This document shows, one piece after another, positions 35,476 to 42,760 of a stretch of 42,760 bases of DNA. Position numbers and translations under genes: made by a program. Below the pieces are notes generated by a model. The model was given only the letters and a program-made list of their open reading frames with translations. It did not search any database and was not told where the DNA came from. Origin of the DNA: Paraspadella gotoi (taxonomy: Eukaryota > Animalia > Chaetognatha); contig CM119267.1 in NCBI GenBank assembly GCA_051294375.1, forward strand, positions 21,637,709 to 21,680,468, given 5' to 3'. Within the stretch, counting starts at the first letter, position 1. The number at the start of each line of letters is the position of its first letter.

Positions 35476-38400
35476 AGCGCCTTAGGATCTAATAAAAGAT
35501 ATGTACAATGTACAATGTAAATTGTACATTATACATTGTACAAGAAAAAACTAAATGGAATCAAAGTTTTTTCTTTCTCTTAATTAATATTTTGAAATAT
35601 TACAAACTAATTAACCTTGCTTTTAATCACTTTTAAATATTTTAAAGATATTACCTTCTTTTTGAGATGAGCGAAATTACTGTCAAATCTTTTAAAAGAA
35701 AGTAAATTAAAATCCTGGACTTCATTTCGTCAAGCAAGAGAGCGAAGACCGAAGAGAGATAATTATCATTAGTTCGAGGTACTTATCATTATCCTGGGGA
35801 TCGGATGTCCAGATACATACTCATTTTCGGATTCTTATTTTCAATTTGGAGACTCAGGTCCCCTGTTTCGTCTTTCGTTTCGTTTCTCTTGTTTCTTGTT
35901 TCTTTTTCGAAATCTGAGAAACACGAACGGAATACGTCTGGTCAGAAGATCGTCTGACCGGAGAAAACAAAAACAGACCCGGTTCCAGGAAAAAGAAAAC
36001 AGGAGGAAAACTGGCCAGAGAAAAAAAAAAAAACTGGAAAAAGGGTAAAACAGAAAATTATAAAAATTTTAAATGCAAAATCGCCATCTTGTTATAAATA
36101 ACTTTCGATTCAAAATTGACCATAAAAAATATTTTGAGAAAATTCTTTGTTGTTTTTGTTTTTTGTTCGTTTTAAAGATTGTTGGAATGACGAAACAACA
36201 AGTAACTTTGTAACTTTTTACAATGTTCAACTTTAACAAAAAACACCAAAAATAATTTTAATAATGATAAAGAAATTTTTTTTCGAGGCGGAGAAAAAAA
36301 TCTGAAGGCGACGAATTTCTCGGATTTCAACAAGAAACTATGATGACGACGACGACGACGACGACGACGACGATGATGACGCCGATAATGACGCTGATGA
36401 CTCCCGATGTCCTTTTGGTCGGGAGGAGGGTTTGCGTGTGCGACTCCGTCTCTCTCTCTCTCTTTGTGTGTGTGTCTGTGTGTGTGTGTGTGTATGGGGA
36501 GGACGACGACGACGACGACAACGACGACTATCACGCGACTCAAGCCGAGGGGGAAGAGAGGATGGGGGAAGAGGAAGAGGAGGAGGAGGAGGAGGAGGAG
36601 GACGTCCGTGGGAGAGATAATCAAATTCCAACGCCGCAGTACTGATTATCTTTCGCTTCCGCGAGCAAAGAAAACAACAACAACAACGACGACGACAAAA
36701 GAAAATATGGAAGATGGTTGCTGTTTTTATGACTCCGTCTTTGTTGTGGTCGTTTTTGTGATTATTGCGTATTGCTTTTGTAGTTAAGATTATGAAATTA
36801 GTACAATTATAAAATTATCCATTCGTTCAATAAATAAGCTATCTTGCCCCTGACTTTGGGCAGGCTATGGCCTCCATCACTCTTACAAGATAATGACATA
36901 GCTGGCACCTGGAAAGTTTTTAATATATACTTATAGACATATATTTAGAAAGGGTTCTAAAAATGCAAAGGTTTCATCTTTTTATGACCAAGTTCCTGCG
37001 TTCATGTTTACGATTTTTCAATTGACATTTTACGTTTTGAAACAACAAATGACAAAATTGTTATTTTTTATCGTCGACTCAACAGTGATTTTGTCTAAGG
37101 AACGTGTAATTAAAGCGGCCTCGTTATTGCCCGGCGATCAAGTCTGCAATTAAGTCTCTAGAGATAATTAGGCGCCATCTCTCAAAGCATAAAAACTTTC
37201 TTCGATCACAGGATTGAAATCACCGCCGAAGTCTCATCCTATTGTATAAATAAACATCGACTAAATAAACATTTCTAACCGCGAAAACTTAGCGACCCCT
37301 TGTGGAGGAGGGCCTTATTTTTTTCAAAACTCCCCATTTCATCTTAAATCTGGAATTAAGTAAATTTTTTTAGTTAAATATTAGGTTAAAGGTTTGGATA
37401 AGGCCCTATTAGGCTGAAGACTATTATCCATATTTTCCTTGCCCCTGCAGCAGCAATTAAACGGGTCCTGGGCTTGGAACCAGGCTTTGAAGTTTTTCTG
37501 GACCCCAAAAGGGTTAACAGATATCCTCATGCTTCTTACCGGGTAAATACCATTAAGGATATATCCCAGTACTTATTGGTCATGAACGATGGTATTACTC
37601 AATGAGCTACCGAGTGACGACTATAAGCAGGATAAAAATATTTCATTGCCCAACTACAGATATAAGGTGAGTGATTGAAGTTAAAAACTAAATTTGGGTT
37701 AGGGACAAGCGTTTATGGTTTTAGGGTGAAGTTAGGGTTTAGGATTAAGGTTTTTGATTAGGATGATAAATTAGTTTACTATTTTAAAAATATATTTAAA
37801 TTTAATATTAAGGTTAAAATTAAAATCTCGAATAAACAAACAGAAATGGGGAACTATCGGAAAAGAGAGCCGGGAGGAGTGGGGGTCGCGGAGTTGGCGG
37901 CGATGTTGACGGCTGAGTTGGAGACGAGACGGGCGTTCGATCGGTAGAGGGGGGGGGCGGTGTAGCCGTGTAGGGTTTCAAGGAACCCTTTGCCTCGACG
38001 CCGACACGAACGAGGATCTAAAAATACGAGATTTCGTGTCCAAAATCCATCCATTTATCCGTCTATTTCTTCGGCGGTTCCGTCCGTTCGGGTCCGTACA
38101 TTTTTGGTTCAATCGGTTCGCTAAGTCGGCGAAACACGAAAAGCCCATCATGAGATTTGATTCTTTTACCTGGGAAAAGGCTAACGGGAGTTTTTTTTTT
38201 CTTTCGAGGGATCGGGTAAGGGGTTGTGAGGAAAGGTAAGTTAAGAGGGTGAGGGTTCGATAGAGGATAAAGTAGGGAACTGGGTTTTTTGTTGTTCGCT
38301 TTTTAATATTTTTTTGAATTATAAAAATTTTAAAAAATACTTGTTTCACTATTTTAAGTCTGAGATTTTAAAATATCAGTTACAAATTTTTATTTATTTT

Positions 38401-39359
38401 ATATTTATATGTGTATTGATAATCTAAATCTAAAAACTATTATCGGGAGAGGTTTGTTAATGTTGTCTTCCTTTTTTTTTCGTTCTTTATTTTTCTATTT
38501 AAATTTCTTATTTTTTCTATTTAAATTATTCTTTTTCAATTCATTCTCTTTTATGTTTTCATCATCTCGTCTTTCCCTATAGATCTTACTTTCTGACTGA
38601 TAAATCCAAACGACCGACTCCCACGCCTTTTTCTCATAACTTCAATTTGCCGACGGCGTCGGTTGTCGGCCTGGTCGGACTGAGACGAGGGAGGCCAAGC
38701 CTCCAAGTCGCGACGATGCAATAAAGGCGTTGCTTCTGCAATCTGCCTCAGCGAAATTAGGCCAATCATTGCGGATCGCGATAATGCAATCTTTTCTCAA
38801 ATTTTATCTTCGAAATTTAATATTTTGAAGAGACAACAATGATTCAATTGACAGAAACGTTCAGGCATTCTCTGATCTGTGACACGGTGACACAGGCGAG
38901 GTTAAGCGACCCGTCGCTCTTAAATGCCATGCGACTACAGAGTTGGAACCACGGACCTTTGGGTTGGGAGGTGAACGACTTCCCTCCTGTACCAATGAAT
39001 TACTTTTTTCATCTATTTCCTTCTCTCTACCCTCCTACCCCATCATCTGTTTCATCGCTTTCCATCTCTTTCTAAACATCTCTTTCCCTTTCATTCGGCC
39101 CGAAGTCAAAGTAACGGTAGCTTTTTTTGTCTTTAACTTTGAACATAACTATTGTATATTCCTAATATATATATTAATACACATGAAAAGTAATAAACAG
39201 CAAAGGGCAAATGACGAATGGGCCGGTGGGCGAAGCGAAAAAGAATAACGGCGTGTGGCGGGAACAATGAGAATGGCGCGATTGGCGACTGGCAAATGCC
39301 ATCGACGTCCCGCGGCGTCTCATGATCGTAATAATCGCGGGTGGGAGTTTTGGGAAAAG

Positions 39360-39392
<33 letters not shown>

Positions 39393-39833
39393 TTTTTCGT
39401 GGTCTTTGGCATGATTTGCTTGGCTTTGATCGTGCTTGCCTCTTGTAATCCTATCTCTTTCTTAAATTTCTTAAATTTCCGCCACGATTTAATGAAAACG
39501 ATGGAACGTACTAAAAATCTCTTGAAAAGTTAAAGTCAAAACCATCCAAATCTATTAAACAAATAGGCAATATTTAAAAAATTATTTAAATATACCTTCA
39601 ATTCGACAACCCAATCCCTCACCTTAATTTCTAATCCTAACCTGTTTTAAATCCTAACCCTAAACCTTTACGCTTAATTTGAAACATTAAACCGTAGTTC
39701 CTAACCCTAACCCCAAACAAATAATTGATAACCTAATCCCTAACCTTAACCTTTATTATTTAAAATTATTTACATTCCAATTTAAGATGAAATCGGGAGC
39801 TCTGGAAAAATGAGGCCAAATATTCAAAATACC

Positions 39834-39839
39834 AAAAAA
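39834..39839 (-). terminator. Pol III terminator (T6) of the tRNA-Ser gene
   Basis: TTTTTT 3 nt downstream of the tRNA 3' end. Confidence 0.85.
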
Positions 39840-39842
39840 CGT

Positions 39843-39924
39843 CGCAGTGAACAGGATTCGAACCTGCGCAGGGAAACCCTATCAGATTTCGAGTCTGACG
39901 CCTTAACCACTCGGCCATCACTGC
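39843..39924 (-). tRNA. tRNA-Ser (anticodon CGA)
   Basis: 82 nt: GCAGTGA/TCACTGC acceptor stem, A box TGGCCGAGTGG, anticodon arm TCAGA-CTCGAAA-TCTGA, long variable arm, GGTTCGAATCC, discriminator G. Confidence 0.97.
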
Positions 39925-40028
39925 TGATGATTCTGTCGTCCAATGGAATGAATGAAAATCTGGTAAGAAACGATTCGGTCAAAAGTACTAGATAAACGAT
40001 TTTTAACAAAAGTTCCAGACACAAAGTT

Positions 40029-40084
<56 letters not shown>

Positions 40085-41150
40085 CTCTCCCTCCCTTTTT
40101 TCAATCTCTCTCCTATGTTTCTCTCCTCCTCTCTTCTCTCTCTATTTTCCTTCTTTTCTTTTCTTTCCTCCCCTCTCTCCTTTCCTCCAATCTCCTCCCT
40201 TCCCCTAACTCCTTTCCTCTTTTCCTCCTCTCCCCTCTTTCCTTTCCTCCCCCTTTCCTCCATTCGACTCGTTCCGGTGACTTGACTTCGACCGTCGACT
40301 TTTCCTCCTCCTCCTCCTCCTCCTCCTCCTTCCTCTCTCTCACCGATTTTTTTGTCACGCTGGCTGCGTCTTGTCACGTCGGGGAATTCGTCACGGGGAG
40401 AGGGGCTTTGTCACGCTCGCGATTTTCGGAATCCCGCGGCGAGGAAACGAACGAAGATTCTCGATGGATGCGATCATTCGGGGAACGTGATTGCATCGTG
40501 AAATGGCGATAGTTGCAATCACGATTGTATCCGGAGTCGTGATTGCACCGTGAAATTACTATTTTACCCATAATTACGGTAATCACAGTCACGATAAGAA
40601 TACAACCATTGTCTATACGAATGAAAGATCTCTTAGTCTTTGCAATATCCCTCATCGCTAATATTTACCAAGTGGTATCAGGGAACTACTTCATCCCAAA
40701 GCCACTCCCTCGACACTCCGCCGTCACTCCATCGCCAGCGCAGCTTCGGCAGTGATGACGCAGATGATGTGGCAGATGGTCAGATCTTTCACGAGAGATG
40801 GCGTTGCCGATGGCGTTGGATGGCATCGCGTTGGATTTCGATGGCATCGCGATGTCGGAGTTTCGACTTTTGGTTTTCCAATTTAGATTCGTGACTAAGA
40901 TAAAAAAAAAAAGACAATAACAAATATTTTGGTTTTTCCGCTTTTGTAATTTTGTCTTTTAATGATTTAATCATTTTGAAAATTTTTTTTTTTAATTCAC
41001 AAAACGAGTTTAAACAAAAGCACAAAGACAATGTTTCCCTTTTTCGAATTCTCAGTCAAATCGGACTAAAGTGGAAACTAACGCGATTTCGAAAGCGCGA
41101 CTTTTTCTCTTTATCGAATTATCCTTTCCTCCCGTCGCGAATTGACGACG

Positions 41151-41269
<119 letters not shown>

Positions 41270-41827
41270 ACCGTGTTAGATTTCCATTAGGTCGCTCTAC
41301 CCTCTTTCCTCTCTCGTTCGATCTTTTCCTCTTTTCTCCCAACTTTTCTTTTCTTTCCTTTTTTTCTTGCTCCTTTTTTTTCGCATTTTCTTTTTCTCCA
41401 CGTTTTCTCACTTCTTTGACTGTTCTTTTAGCACTATCTTCCGAAGCGCCCCGATTTCCTAATTTTTAAACCTTTTTTTAACCTTAATATCTTACTTTAA
41501 GTTTAATCCAATACATTACCCTTATCTTAAACCCTAAACCCTCACCAAAGCTCTAACAAAATCATTAGTCCAAGCCCTAATCCTAATCCTGTATATACAT
41601 AACCTCTAAACCAAAAATAAAAACTTACATTGGAATTTAAGTTGAAATGACGCGCTTTCCGAAAACAGTGCTTTTCTTTTTTTTCTCTCCCCCCCCCTAC
41701 CCACCCCAACTCGCTGCTCCCTTCTACCAAGTCCACCCTCGAGCGCCCGAAGTGAAGTGTCCTCCAATTACGCGCCACTTCACCCAACAACAACAACACG
41801 GCGTCCGTGAATAAGATAATGGAGGAG

Positions 41828-41862
<35 letters not shown>

Positions 41863-42760
41863 GGGGAAGGAAAAATGCAGAGTTCCCGTTTGAAGTGGAC
41901 AGAGATCTGGATTGCATTTTTTAAAAAAAAATATATTACTATTGTTACACGAATGCTTATTTTAAAGAAAAGTTAACCAATCAAATAAATAAATAAAATT
42001 AATTTCAAATTCTAACTGTTTTAATGGGTTTTTTTTATACATCGAGATTGTAGGCGATGAGGAGTTAAAAATCATTCGGTTTGTTTACAAACAAACTATA
42101 ATAAAAGTTCGGTTTAAAATGTGATGTAATACAAAATACCACGTCGATGTTGAAAAGTTCTACGCCATAACTACGAGGCAACTAATGAATTTTAAATCGA
42201 ACGATAAGCAAATTAACTCAGATAACCCTTTTCCCTCTTCTCGAATTGATCGTCGACGCGTCTCTCGATCGCGAAATCGGGAAACCTGAAACTAAGATAT
42301 CGAATCTTCGGCCGTTGGACGTCGGGCCGGTCTGCCCCTACGGAGACGCTCGCGTTGCGAACCACTAACGCTAATACAAATATATTTAATTAAATTATAT
42401 ATGTATATGGTATTATATTGTACACGTATCGCTGTCCGAACAATCGCTATCTACGTAATTAAAATTTTTTTTTTTTATTCAGTCGAAAAAACTGAGGCCA
42501 AGTTCCATTAAAAGTCACGTGACCCTCATTTCCTCCGTCACGTGATCGAAATTAGAAACAAAAGAGAGAAACGAGAAAAATCGAATCATGAAGAGGAGGA
42601 GGAAGAGAAGGAGGAGGAGGGAGGATTCACGAGAGCTAATCCTCTTCCTCGTTCCACTTCGCCGTCTCTGTCTCCATCTTGCTCTTCTTTTTTTGATTTT
42701 TTTTTCCTTTTTTTTAATGTTTTTGAATATTTTGTAACTTCTTACCTTTTATTGCAAAAA

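Noticed and set aside
32900-36800. Numerous LSLSLS, ERERER, poly-T and poly-E ORFs
   Set aside because: Translations of (GA)n, (GAC)n and (GAG)n microsatellites.

Overview
Draft-quality animal (invertebrate-like) genomic sequence, rich in AT and microsatellites, with many N gaps and indel-noisy stretches. The main host gene is a six-exon mab-21 (MAB21L1/2 orthologue) present twice. Copy B (30821 to 27969, minus strand) is collinear but partly in gaps. Copy A has exons 2-6 on plus (19624-24258) and exon 1 flipped to minus (12010-12206). Copy A carries two insertions that copy B lacks. The first is a young CsRN1-clade Ty3/Gypsy LTR retrotransposon in intron 1, with a CHCC gag motif, a tRNA-Trp-like PBS and a -1 frameshift signal with a candidate pseudoknot; its empty site is visible at ~30277-30288. 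The second is a ~2.5 kb DINE-1/Helentron-like element in intron 3, whose absence from B is inferred from gap size. The simplest reading is two haplotypes assembled side by side with a local inversion, but a real inverted duplication is not excluded. The window also holds a tRNA-Ser(CGA) gene, a possible highly degraded Penelope-like element at ~4.9-7.1 kb, several local duplications, and telomere-like repeat elements. Most short ORFs in the track are microsatellite or antisense noise.
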